Positions 1 through 8,235 of a stretch of DNA of 28,738 nucleotides are shown piece after piece. The position numbers and the translations under genes were made by a program. The stretch is taken from the IMG/VR virus record IMGVR_UViG_3300038318_000066, positions 1 through 28,738 of that record; one strand, 5' to 3'. Below the pieces are notes generated by a model. The model saw nothing but the letters and a program-made list of their open reading frames with translations, searched no databases and was not told where the DNA came from. The stretch's first letter is position 1. Each line of letters opens with the position of its first letter. This DNA comes from a virus (Duplodnaviria; Caudoviricetes).

Positions 1-1
1 T

Positions 2-133
2 CCTAGACCCCTTGATGAAATACTAGACAGTTTATACAAAGAAAAGGAAATGATGACTGATGAAGAAATGCTAAATCAAGTTAAGGTATTAAATAGATTA
101 TTTGGTGGAACTGTAACAACTTGTAATTCTTAA
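2..133 (+). CDS. 3' end of a probable tail assembly chaperone (partial)
   Basis: Open frame ...PRPLDEILDSLYKEKEMMTDEEMLNQVKVLNRLFGGTVTTCNS*. The 'EEML..VK.LN..FGG' ending and the position upstream of the tape measure gene fit a tail chaperone. Confidence 0.55.
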   Translation, partial: PRPLDEILDSLYKEKEMMTDEEMLNQVKVLNRLFGGTVTTCNS

Positions 134-180
134 GGATATTTTATATTATAAAAGTATAAAATATTATTAGGGGTGATAAT

Positions 181-489
181 ATGGGATTGTATGGTTCGCC
201 AGATACAGGGAATTTATACACAGAAGAAAAACCGATAAAGAAGAAAAGAAAGTTGAAATTCAATGTACAGGCTGTAGTTTTAATAATTCTATATCTGATA
301 ATGCTTTGGGCGGCAGAGGATAAGTATTATATGACAATATCTTATATTGGTGTAATGTCGATTGTTTATTTTTTAGTTTATTTTATTAAGATGATAATTA
401 AATTATTTAGAAAAGAAAGCGTTAATAGTGAGGTAATACGGCTATTAATTGCCACTGGCTTGATTATAATATGTTTGGTTTTAAGTTGA
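181..489 (+). CDS. Small membrane protein (moron-like)
   Basis: 102 aa with three hydrophobic segments; RBS AGGGGTG; possible own promoter (TTGTAA-17-TATTAT, 121-149) and own terminator. Confidence 0.7.
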   Translation: MGLYGSPDTGNLYTEEKPIKKKRKLKFNVQAVVLIILYLIMLWAAEDKYYMTISYIGVMSIVYFLVYFIKMIIKLFRKESVNSEVIRLLIATGLIIICLVLS

Positions 490-504
490 AAATATAAAAA
501 ATAG

Positions 505-535
505 CAAAAGCATCTATAAAATAGGTGCTTTTTTT
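505..535 (+). terminator. Rho-independent terminator
   Basis: AAAAGCATCTAT-aaa-ATAGGTGCTTTT followed by a T tract. Confidence 0.8.
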
Positions 536-545
536 AATGCCTCAA

Positions 546-586
546 AAGGAGGTGGATATATGGCTAAGAGTAAGCCCACTAATTAG
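546..586 (+). pseudogene. Vestigial original 5' end of the tape measure gene (MAKSKPTN*)
   Basis: Strong RBS AAAGGAGGTG, then ATG GCT AAG AGT AA at 560, which parallels MSKSN at 1721. It stops after 8 codons at the cassette edge. Confidence 0.6.
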
Positions 587-746
587 AAGTAGGCTTTTGA
601 TACTCTTTTAAAACCAATTCAATCCCTCTATCAAGTAACTTAGACATAGGTATCATTGTTTGCTCTGACAACTCTTTCAGTTTTAAGAAAAGTTGGGCGT
701 CTACAGCATTTGAAATTGGAGTTCTGTTTTTTAAACCTCTACTCAC
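579..746 (-). CDS. Ribbon-helix-helix DNA-binding protein (55 aa; missing from the ORF track)
   Basis: GTG start with RBS GAGGTG; MSRGLKNRTPISNAVDAQLFLKLKELSEQTMIPMSKLLDRGIELVLKEYQKPTSN shows an RHH pattern. Confidence 0.8.
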   Translation of the reverse strand: MSRGLKNRTPISNAVDAQLFLKLKELSEQTMIPMSKLLDRGIELVLKEYQKPTSN

Positions 747-787
747 ATTTATCACCTCAACTTTATTATAATATATATTGTTAATAC

Positions 788-816
788 TTGCAACTACAAG
801 TAGTTAATGGTATAAT
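788..816 (+). promoter_or_regulatory. SigA-type promoter of the endonuclease gene with a palindromic operator
   Basis: TTGCAA-17-TATAAT; palindrome AACTAC-aa-GTAGTT (792-805) overlaps the -35 box and spacer; lies in the divergent RHH/endonuclease intergenic region. Confidence 0.65.
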
Positions 817-836
817 ATAGTTAAGGAGTTGAAAGT

Positions 837-1679
837 ATGGAATATAGAAAAGAATTGATGGAAAATAAAATGGTGGTATATGCTATCATTAATAAAATAA
901 ACAATAAAAAATATATAGGAATTACAACTAATTCATTTGCTGAAAGATACCCTCATGGAATAAGGGCGCACCATAACCCGCATTTAAAAAAGTCGGTTAA
1001 TAAATACGGGCAAGATAATTTTAAAGTTACATTACTCGAAAAGAATGTAGAAGATATGAAAACCTTATGCAAATTGGAAATGAAATATATAGAAGAATAT
1101 GATACTTGCAATAAAGATAAAGGATATAATAAGTCTTTGGGCGGATATGGTGTACGACAAACGGAGAGAAGTAAAGAACATTGCAAGAACCTTAGTAGAG
1201 CTAAAAAAGGCATTAATCCATTGGCGAGTTATACACCTGAACAAATGGCAACAAGAAATGCAAAAATAAGCAAAGCATTTAAAGGCAAAAATAATCCTAG
1301 ATACGGAATGACAAAAGACAAATTGGAGCCTGAGACATTAGAAAAATTAAGACAAGCCTCTTTAGGTAAAAATAATCCTATGTATGGTAAAAATATTAAA
1401 GATTATATGACAGAAGAAGCATATGATGAATGGAAGAAAAATGTAGCTCGAAAGGGAAAAGAAAACGGTAGAGCGAGAGAAACTGTAATAATTTATAAGA
1501 ACAAAAAATATAAATTTGATTATGCACAAGAGGGGATAAATTACTTTAAGGGCAAAGGCGAATTCATAACAAGAAGTTGGTTTTATCGAGGTGTTAACGA
1601 TAATTATAAACATATATTTCAATTTGTAGGGTATATAGAAGATTATAAAAAATTCACAGAAAATGAAATTGCTATCTAA
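837..1679 (+). CDS. Free-standing GIY-YIG homing endonuclease with NUMOD3-type repeats
   Basis: VVYAIINKINNKKYIGIT...R...E.KYI...GYN catalytic domain; repeats KISKAFKGKNNPRYG and KLRQASLGKNNPMYG; RBS AAGGAG. Confidence 0.9.
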   Translation: MEYRKELMENKMVVYAIINKINNKKYIGITTNSFAERYPHGIRAHHNPHLKKSVNKYGQDNFKVTLLEKNVEDMKTLCKLEMKYIEEYDTCNKDKGYNKSLGGYGVRQTERSKEHCKNLSRAKKGINPLASYTPEQMATRNAKISKAFKGKNNPRYGMTKDKLEPETLEKLRQASLGKNNPMYGKNIKDYMTEEAYDEWKKNVARKGKENGRARETVIIYKNKKYKFDYAQEGINYFKGKGEFITRSWFYRGVNDNYKHIFQFVGYIEDYKKFTENEIAI

Positions 1680-1694
1680 AAGGATAGCTTTTTT
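1671..1694 (+). terminator. Rho-independent terminator after the endonuclease gene
   Basis: GCTATCT-aaaa-GGATAGC-TTTTTT. Confidence 0.7.
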
Positions 1695-1720
1695 ATTTGG
1701 AAAGAGGGTGGTTTTGCACT

Positions 1721-4160
1721 ATGAGTAAATCTAACTTTATAGTGCGCTGAAAACCGTGGTGGAGCGGATTTTAGTGGAATATCAAGAGAAATCAATAAGA
1801 CCCAAAAACGATTAAAAGGTTTCAAAAATAATATAAATGGTACTTTTAAAACAATAGGCAAACTAACAGGATTAGCAATTGGAGCAAAGGCTCTTGTGGA
1901 TTTTGGAAAACAATCAATTCAAGTAGCATCGGACTTGACCGAAGTACAGAACGTAGTAGACGTAACTTTTGGATCTATGGCCAAAGAGGTCAATGAATTT
2001 GCAAGTTCAGCCACTAAAGAATTTGGTTTATCGGAACTATCGGCGAAGAAATTTACATCTACAATGGGAGCAATGCTAAAGAGTTCTGGTATATCTGGAA
2101 CACAGGCTAAAGATATGTCTATAGAGGTAGCAAAGCTTACTGCAGACATGGCCAGCTTTTATAATTTAGATCATGATGAAGCATTTCAAAAAATACAGTC
2201 CGGTATAAGCGGTGAAACGGAGCCTTTAAAACGTCTTGGTATTAATATGAACGTGGCTAACCTGGAAGCTTACAATTTATCGCAGGGAATAACTAAAGCT
2301 TGGAAAGACATGACGCAAGCAGAGCAGGTGCTAACGAGATATAATTACCTGATGCATGTATCTGCTGACGCACAAGGAGATTTTGCAAGAAACACAGGAA
2401 CATGGGCGAATCAAACTAAATTACTAAAAGAGCAATGGCAAGAGTTCATGGGACTGATAGGAAACGCCATTATTGAGGTCTTATTACCATTTGTAAAAGC
2501 TCTTAATAAAGTCTTGGAAATAGTAAATAAAGTATTGCATAAGATAGGCGAATTATATTCTGCAATAACTGGCAAGAATCTTGTAGCTGAATCTAACAGT
2601 GCAATAACAGATACAGCAGATGAAGCTGCAGATTCCGAAGTAGATCTTTCTAAGGGTATAGACAAAGCTTCTAAAGCCGCAAAACGAGCACTAGCACCAT
2701 TTGATGAACTTAATGTACTTCAAGGAGGTTTAGCCAATGGTGACGGACTAGGTGGAAGCGGATTAAATGTTGGTTCTATTGGAGGACTGACAAGTGATAT
2801 ATCCGAAGCAGGAAGCGGAGTAAAAGGACTTAAAAAGGAGTTTGAGGACTTCTTTTTTATATTGGATAATTTTGATAAAAGGGGTTTCTTTAAGGAGCTG
2901 GTAAAGGCTCCCGAAGTTGAACAAGCTACGGTTCCGGTTTTAGATGATAAGGAATTTCAAACTTCAAAGCAGAGATATTTAACACCTGTTCCGGCACCGT
3001 CTTTTTCTCCTGCATTTGCTCCAAGAATGGCATTAGAACAATACTTACAATCTAAAAGTCAGTATCAAGAAACTGTAAAGGCTCCCGAAGTTGAACAAGC
3101 TACGGTTCCGGTTTTAGATGCAGAGACGTATTTTGTACCTTCTTTGGAGGGTGCCAAATTAAGCTATTTGTTAGCAAAAGAATACATCAAAGCCATAACG
3201 GTTCCTATTGTGATTCCGTCTATCGATACAGAAACCTATTTTACTCCTTCTTTGGAAAATACTAAATTGAACTATCAAACGGCGATAGAGTATATAAGGG
3301 GTATAACGGCCCCTACGCTTTTACCCGTGGGGATAGCTTTTGCCACTTTGTTTAGCGGAATTTCAACAAATGCTGCTGAATGGAAGCAAAATTTAATAAT
3401 GCAGTTTGGTGAATTAGTTACAAATATTTCCTTTAACGCAGGACAGTTAAAGGAAGCGGTGGTGCAAAATATAGCAGAGTGGACAACATCAACGCAGGCA
3501 TCTATAAGTAAATGGGGAATAGCTGTAGCGGCGGCAGGTTTAGCAGCGGCGACAAATTTCACTTATAATTTTAATGAAGCGTTAAACACAACCGCAAATA
3601 ACATTTCTGATTGGATTAATACTACGAGCGGAAATATCGCAGAGTGGGGAAGAGGTATGCTATCGACGGCTGCAGAAACAGCAAGAGGCATAGTAAAGAA
3701 TATTTCAGGTGGACTTGAAACAGCGTGGATGAATTTTAAGAACGCTTTATCTGCTATGGGAGAAAAAATTAAAGGCAGTTTCCGACCAAATTACGGCATA
3801 AGTACAGTTGAGACTATAGGCATTACAACTTCGATAGTAGGAAATATGTTTAAAGCTATGTCGGGGAATTTTAAAACTTTAGGAGTGCCCGGTTTAGCCA
3901 CAGGAGCCGTAATCCCGCCAAACAGTGAATTCTTGGCTGTCCTTGGAGACCAGAAATCCGGAACGAACATAGAAACGCCGGAACGATTGCTAAGACAGAT
4001 TGTAAGAGAAGAACTTGGGGACGCAGGGCGATATCAAATGCCTGACACGCAAATAAATATGTATTTAGATGATGATATTATAGGCAGAGCTGTAGTCGCG
4101 TGGATAGATAAACAAGTTGCTCGTTCGGGCGAATTGCCATTTTCATTAGGAGAGCTCTAA
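1721..4160 (+). CDS. Tail tape measure protein; 5' end interrupted by a 10-nt insert with a stop (809 aa if bypassed)
   Basis: Typical TMP motifs (ASDLTEVQNVVDVTFG, DMASFYN, SGISGETEPLKRLGI, LATGAVIPPNSEFLAVLGDQ). RBS + ATG at 1721 gives MSKSNFIVR*, and the long frame reads RGGADFSG... from 1755. The ORF track starts at an internal GTG (1896). Confidence 0.85.
2901..3120 (+). repeat. Perfect 46-bp direct repeat inside the TMP gene
   Basis: GTAAAGGCTCCCGAAGTTGAACAAGCTACGGTTCCGGTTTTAGATG at 2901-2946 and 3075-3120 (VKAPEVEQATVPVLD twice). Confidence 0.95.
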
Positions 4161-4188
4161 GATGATTTTTCCGCATTTTAGAGCTCTC
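4150..4188. terminator. Hairpin between convergent genes
   Basis: GAGAGCTCTAAGATG...CATTTTAGAGCTCTC forms a 15-bp stem with one G-U pair; no clear U tract. Confidence 0.55.
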
Positions 4189-4315
4189 AATACAAATCAT
4201 CTTTGAGTTCGTTGTCATTTTCGGCATGCTTATTTAACTTAGATTTAACGTCGCTTTCAATTTTTCCGAAGTCTACTGTCTTAATGTATTCTTTGAATTC
4301 GGTATAGTCCTTCAT
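4187..4315 (-). CDS. Small antisense moron protein (42 aa; missing from the ORF track)
   Basis: RBS GAAAGGAGG + ATG; MKDYTEFKEYIKTVDFGKIESDVKSKLNKHAENDNELKDDLY. Confidence 0.6.
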   Translation of the reverse strand: MKDYTEFKEYIKTVDFGKIESDVKSKLNKHAENDNELKDDLY

Positions 4316-4417
4316 ATGCAGCCTCCTTTCTCAATTATTTTAGAATCATTACTGCAATATAGAGATTATACCATATGAGACATAGTTTGTAAAAATAAAT
4401 AGAAAACAGGTGATAAC

Positions 4418-4783
4418 ATGGCAGATTTTATAAAATTAAATGGCATATGGGTGCCTACTCCTGCCTCTTTTGATTGGCAGATGTCAGACCTTGATTCATC
4501 AGCTGAGAGGTCTGCATCCGGCTATGTAATCAGGGAGAGAATTAGAAGCGGAGTGAGGAAGACAACATTTAACTGGTCAAGTATGGCAGATATGGAGAAG
4601 TTCTATAATTTTATAAAGATCTTGGAACAACTTCCGCCTGAATTTGAAATGATGTTTCCTGATGCCACCGGCGAAATACTAACAAAGACAATGTATAGGG
4701 CTGATGTAACGGCTAATATGTACAAATATGCAGACAATAAAAGCTATTGGAAAGACCTAAAAACAAGTTTCGTAGAGGTGTAG
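4418..4783 (+). CDS. Distal tail (Dit-like) protein
   Basis: Follows the TMP gene; motif P.P..F.W..SDLDS.AERSASG...RERIR typical of small clostridial phage tail proteins. Confidence 0.7.
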   Translation: MADFIKLNGIWVPTPASFDWQMSDLDSSAERSASGYVIRERIRSGVRKTTFNWSSMADMEKFYNFIKILEQLPPEFEMMFPDATGEILTKTMYRADVTANMYKYADNKSYWKDLKTSFVEV

Positions 4784-4785
4784 AC

Positions 4786-7506
4786 ATGATAAATACAACG
4801 CAAGAGTGGAAAGATAACATCTACAACAGCAATGCAGAAAAACGAATAAGAATATCTGTAGGCGATACTGTACTAACCGATGATGATATACAGGGAAAAC
4901 TTGAAATACAAGAAACTTGTACAAGCTCAAAGGATATAAAAATCGGCAGTTGTATTGCATCTAACTTGAAATTTAATCTAACAAACAAAGGTCAATCCAT
5001 AGACTTCCTGAATAATGAAATATCGGTTGAAGTTGGATTAAAGACAGGAGCTGAATTTGAATACATCCCGATGGGAATTTTCAGAGTTGATGAAATAGAC
5101 GATAAGGACGAACGAGTGTATACAATCACTGCAAGAGACAGAATGAAACTGTTTGATAAGGATTGCAGTGATTTTTTAATGTCAAGGACGTACCCGATTA
5201 CTTTGTCTGATTTGTTGCATCAGCTATGCGTATACGTAGGTGTGCAGCTCGAAAACACATCTATCATAAATGGAAACTATCAGGTAGACGATAATTTTGC
5301 CACCATGAGCATAACAGGGCAGCAGATACTTGCGTGGATTGGTGAGGTATCTGCAAGCTTTATAAATGTCAATAGATATGGCAAGCTTGTATTTAAGACC
5401 TTTACACCTGTTACTAATAACGTAACTGATAGAGACTACATAGACATTACGGCCGCAAAATATACAGTGCCTAAAATAACTCGGGTACAGGCAGGAGTAA
5501 AGGAAGATGACTTAGGTATAATAGTAGGAACAGGAAACATAACCTACAGCATAATAAATAATCCTCTGCTATATACAATGTCAGAAGCACAAATTGCACC
5601 AGCATTGCAAAATATATTGACACGATTACAAACTATACCTGTATATACTCCCACTAAATTGTACGGTAAGGGTAATCCAGCTGTAGAAACAGGCGATATA
5701 ATAAGCGTTTCTACAGTCAAAAGACAAGCCATTGACATATTAGTCATGGATAGGAAATTTGTGTATCAAAAGTCATTTAGAGACACATACGAAAGTTTTG
5801 GAACGCAGGCAGTTGGAGAAAAGAGGATTGTCCAAAGTAACATTATTCAATTAAAAGGAAAATTCAATATTCTAACAAGAACTCTTGACGAAAACACTTT
5901 ACGATTAGGAGACGTAGAGAGAGGATATAACGAGATATCACAAACTGTAGACGGTACTGTATCAGAGATTAGTGATATACATGGAAACATCAATGAAATT
6001 ACGCAAGATGTTAGTAATTTTAAAGTTGAAATAAACAACAAAGTAGAGCAGATAGAGTTAACCCCTGGCCCTCCTGGTAAGGATGGTCCTCAAGGACTTC
6101 CTGGAACGCCTGGCGTGGATGGCGAGACCTATTATACATGGATAAAATACGCCGACACTCCAGTATCTGGTATGAGTGATGACGCTACTGGAAAAATATA
6201 TATGGGAATTGCTGTAAATAAAGTAACTCCTAATGAATCAACTAACTATAGTGACTATACATGGAGCCTGACTAAAGGTGAACAAGGTGTTCCGGGACAG
6301 AAAGGTACAGACGGTAAAACAACATATACATGGGTAAAGTATGCTGATACTCCTAAAACAGGAATGTCAGATAATCCGACCGGAAAACTGTATATAGGTT
6401 TAGCGTTTAATAAAATGACGCAGACAGAATCAACTAATTATGGCGATTATGCTTGGAGTTTGATGCCGCAAAATATAGACATTGACGGGATTGTAGATGG
6501 CAAATTGACAAGCTACTATACAAAAACCGAAACAAACAGTCAGATAAATCAGGCTACAGATTCAATAAATTTGTCTGTAGACACCAAAATAAGCACAGCT
6601 ACAACAACAATCAATCGTCGAACAGATGAAATATTAAAAAGCTATAGTACAACACAGGAAATGAATTCAGCAATAGAACTCAAAGGTGCAGAAATAGATT
6701 TATCAGTATCTAAAAAAGTATTAGGGACATATTACCAGTCGGTACAACCCCAAAATCCAAAAGTAGGCGAGTTTTGGTATAATCCAGGTATAGATTTTAC
6801 AGTAGATAATTTGAATATGACTGTTAATGAAATGACTATGACAGTTGATAGTTTGGTGTTTACACCAAGCGCCTTAAAACGCTGGAATGGATCTAAATGG
6901 GAAGAAGCAAAAGATACCGAGACAAGCAGAAGCATAGGCGAATTAAATATAAAAGCTGGTAGTATAGAATTAAGAGTTGCAGAGACGGAAAAGAATTTAG
7001 ATGCTGTAAAAATAAACATGTCTGAAATAAAACTAACTACAGACAGTATAACTTTGCGTGTATCAGAGACAGAACAAGGCGTAAATGATGTTAAAAATAA
7101 GGTAACTGAAATAAAACTAACTACAGACAGTATAACCGCTGCTGTAAATGCCGCAAAATTAACATTTGACGATAGTTTTGGCTTGACTATCAAGAATGGC
7201 GGCTTTCGTATATTAGGCAATGGTAATGTGGAATTATTAAAAACTACAGGTGGGCATCTTGAAATGTTGGGATATTTACAGACAGGTACAGGGCAGGATG
7301 CAGTTAAAATAGATAATACAGGCATATATTTTAATACTAATGATGTATGGGATACGAGAATTAAAAGAAATGGCACAGGAATTATGATACAGTCAGACGG
7401 CAGTATTTCTTTTAATAATCTATTTGGACGTAGTTGCAGTTGGACGGCTATAAATATAAATGGTACATTCCATACCTTTTTATCCGGTGGTGCTTTAGTA
7501 ATATAA
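4786..7506 (+). CDS. Large tail / host-specificity protein (Tal-like N-terminus, collagen-like segments, repeats)
   Basis: ATG 4786 after GAGGTG; baseplate-hub-like N-terminus (IGSCIAS, YIPMGIF.VD, ARDRM..FD); GXY triplets; two TW(I/V)KYADTP..GMSD repeats; coiled-coil region. Confidence 0.8.
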   Translation: MINTTQEWKDNIYNSNAEKRIRISVGDTVLTDDDIQGKLEIQETCTSSKDIKIGSCIASNLKFNLTNKGQSIDFLNNEISVEVGLKTGAEFEYIPMGIFRVDEIDDKDERVYTITARDRMKLFDKDCSDFLMSRTYPITLSDLLHQLCVYVGVQLENTSIINGNYQVDDNFATMSITGQQILAWIGEVSASFINVNRYGKLVFKTFTPVTNNVTDRDYIDITAAKYTVPKITRVQAGVKEDDLGIIVGTGNITYSIINNPLLYTMSEAQIAPALQNILTRLQTIPVYTPTKLYGKGNPAVETGDIISVSTVKRQAIDILVMDRKFVYQKSFRDTYESFGTQAVGEKRIVQSNIIQLKGKFNILTRTLDENTLRLGDVERGYNEISQTVDGTVSEISDIHGNINEITQDVSNFKVEINNKVEQIELTPGPPGKDGPQGLPGTPGVDGETYYTWIKYADTPVSGMSDDATGKIYMGIAVNKVTPNESTNYSDYTWSLTKGEQGVPGQKGTDGKTTYTWVKYADTPKTGMSDNPTGKLYIGLAFNKMTQTESTNYGDYAWSLMPQNIDIDGIVDGKLTSYYTKTETNSQINQATDSINLSVDTKISTATTTINRRTDEILKSYSTTQEMNSAIELKGAEIDLSVSKKVLGTYYQSVQPQNPKVGEFWYNPGIDFTVDNLNMTVNEMTMTVDSLVFTPSALKRWNGSKWEEAKDTETSRSIGELNIKAGSIELRVAETEKNLDAVKINMSEIKLTTDSITLRVSETEQGVNDVKNKVTEIKLTTDSITAAVNAAKLTFDDSFGLTIKNGGFRILGNGNVELLKTTGGHLEMLGYLQTGTGQDAVKIDNTGIYFNTNDVWDTRIKRNGTGIMIQSDGSISFNNLFGRSCSWTAININGTFHTFLSGGALVI

Positions 7507-7516
7507 GGAGTCATAT

Positions 7517-7891
7517 ATGAAATTAAGAGAATTAATAAAAGTAAAAGATAGTCTTACAAATTTTGCAAATATAAGGCTATCAAGTGCACAAGATAACTAC
7601 AATGTATTTAAATTGTACAAGCAGGCAGAAGATGAAATAACTAATTACAACGCACAAAGAGATAAAATCATAATAGAATACGGAGAAAAAGACAGTGAAG
7701 GAAATGTTTCTGTACAGCAAAATAATCCGAATTTTGATAACGTAATACAGGCTATTGTAGAACTTGAGGATTTAGATATCAAAATTAAATTTGAAAAAAT
7801 ATCTGTAAAATCAAGTGAGTTAAATTTGTCTGCTGTAGATATTTTTAATTTAGAAAATTTTGGATTAATTGAAATAAAGGAAGGCGATTAA
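7517..7891 (+). CDS. Phage tail-region hypothetical protein
   Basis: RBS AAGGAG; 124 aa helical protein following the tail protein. Confidence 0.7.
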   Translation: MKLRELIKVKDSLTNFANIRLSSAQDNYNVFKLYKQAEDEITNYNAQRDKIIIEYGEKDSEGNVSVQQNNPNFDNVIQAIVELEDLDIKIKFEKISVKSSELNLSAVDIFNLENFGLIEIKEGD

Positions 7892-8220
7892 ATGGCGATT
7901 GAAAGAATATATGGCATACAATAGAATTTTTTATGCCGACACAGGAGAAAGGGGACCCCGCATTGGCACGGGTAGTCGCTAATATTTTCGGCATGGTATA
8001 TATGTATGCACCCGACAATCGAGCATAAGGATAGGAGTGATGGATATGTCATTAGATTTACAAGAAATTTTAGGGACAGATTCTGGTAAAAATGCTTTTT
8101 ATAAAGCAGATGGAAATATTGTCTATTAATAATATGGTACCAAGTTTTACTGTACAATACACGTGTTACACGCAGAATACTCCAGCAGATTTTATTTATA
8201 CTGTAGTATTAAACGATTAA
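7892..8220 (+). pseudogene. Collapsed remnants of 2-3 tail-fibre paralogues
   Basis: Short starts MAIERIYG (7892), MAYNRIFYADTGE (7911) and MSLDLQEILGTDSGKNAFYKADGN (8046, with RBS) resemble the N-terminus of the 8236 gene; orphan out-of-frame C-termini end at about 8027 and 8220. Confidence 0.65.
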
Positions 8221-8235
8221 TTGGAGGTCGATATT

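Larger units (their letters stand above)
574..1757. mobile_element. Putative homing cassette: RHH + GIY-YIG + replacement tape-measure 5' end with a 10-nt insert
   Basis: Bounded by two versions of the terminator-RBS-M(A/S)KS start of the tape measure gene. The boundaries are inferred. Confidence 0.55.

Noticed and set aside
1745-1750. RF2-style +1 frameshift at CGC-UGA
   Set aside because: tRNA-Arg cannot re-pair on GCU, and the product would gain extra residues; the matched-codon hop fits better.
574-1754. Group I intron carrying the GIY-YIG ORF and joining MAKS (560) to the TMP body
   Set aside because: The interval is filled by an antisense RHH gene, promoters and terminators; no P/Q/R/S core was visible; and the TMP start is duplicated rather than split.
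1742-1754. GTGCG...AC resembles group II intron ends, and removing these 13 nt also restores the frame
   Set aside because: Far too short for a ribozyme, and GTG CG is simply Val-Arg coding sequence; probably coincidence.
6732-7514. 260-aa minus-strand ORF and other antisense ORFs (e.g. 11170-11787, 11784-12272, 23861-24085)
   Set aside because: Shadow frames of real genes or repeats, with no convincing RBS and implausible composition.
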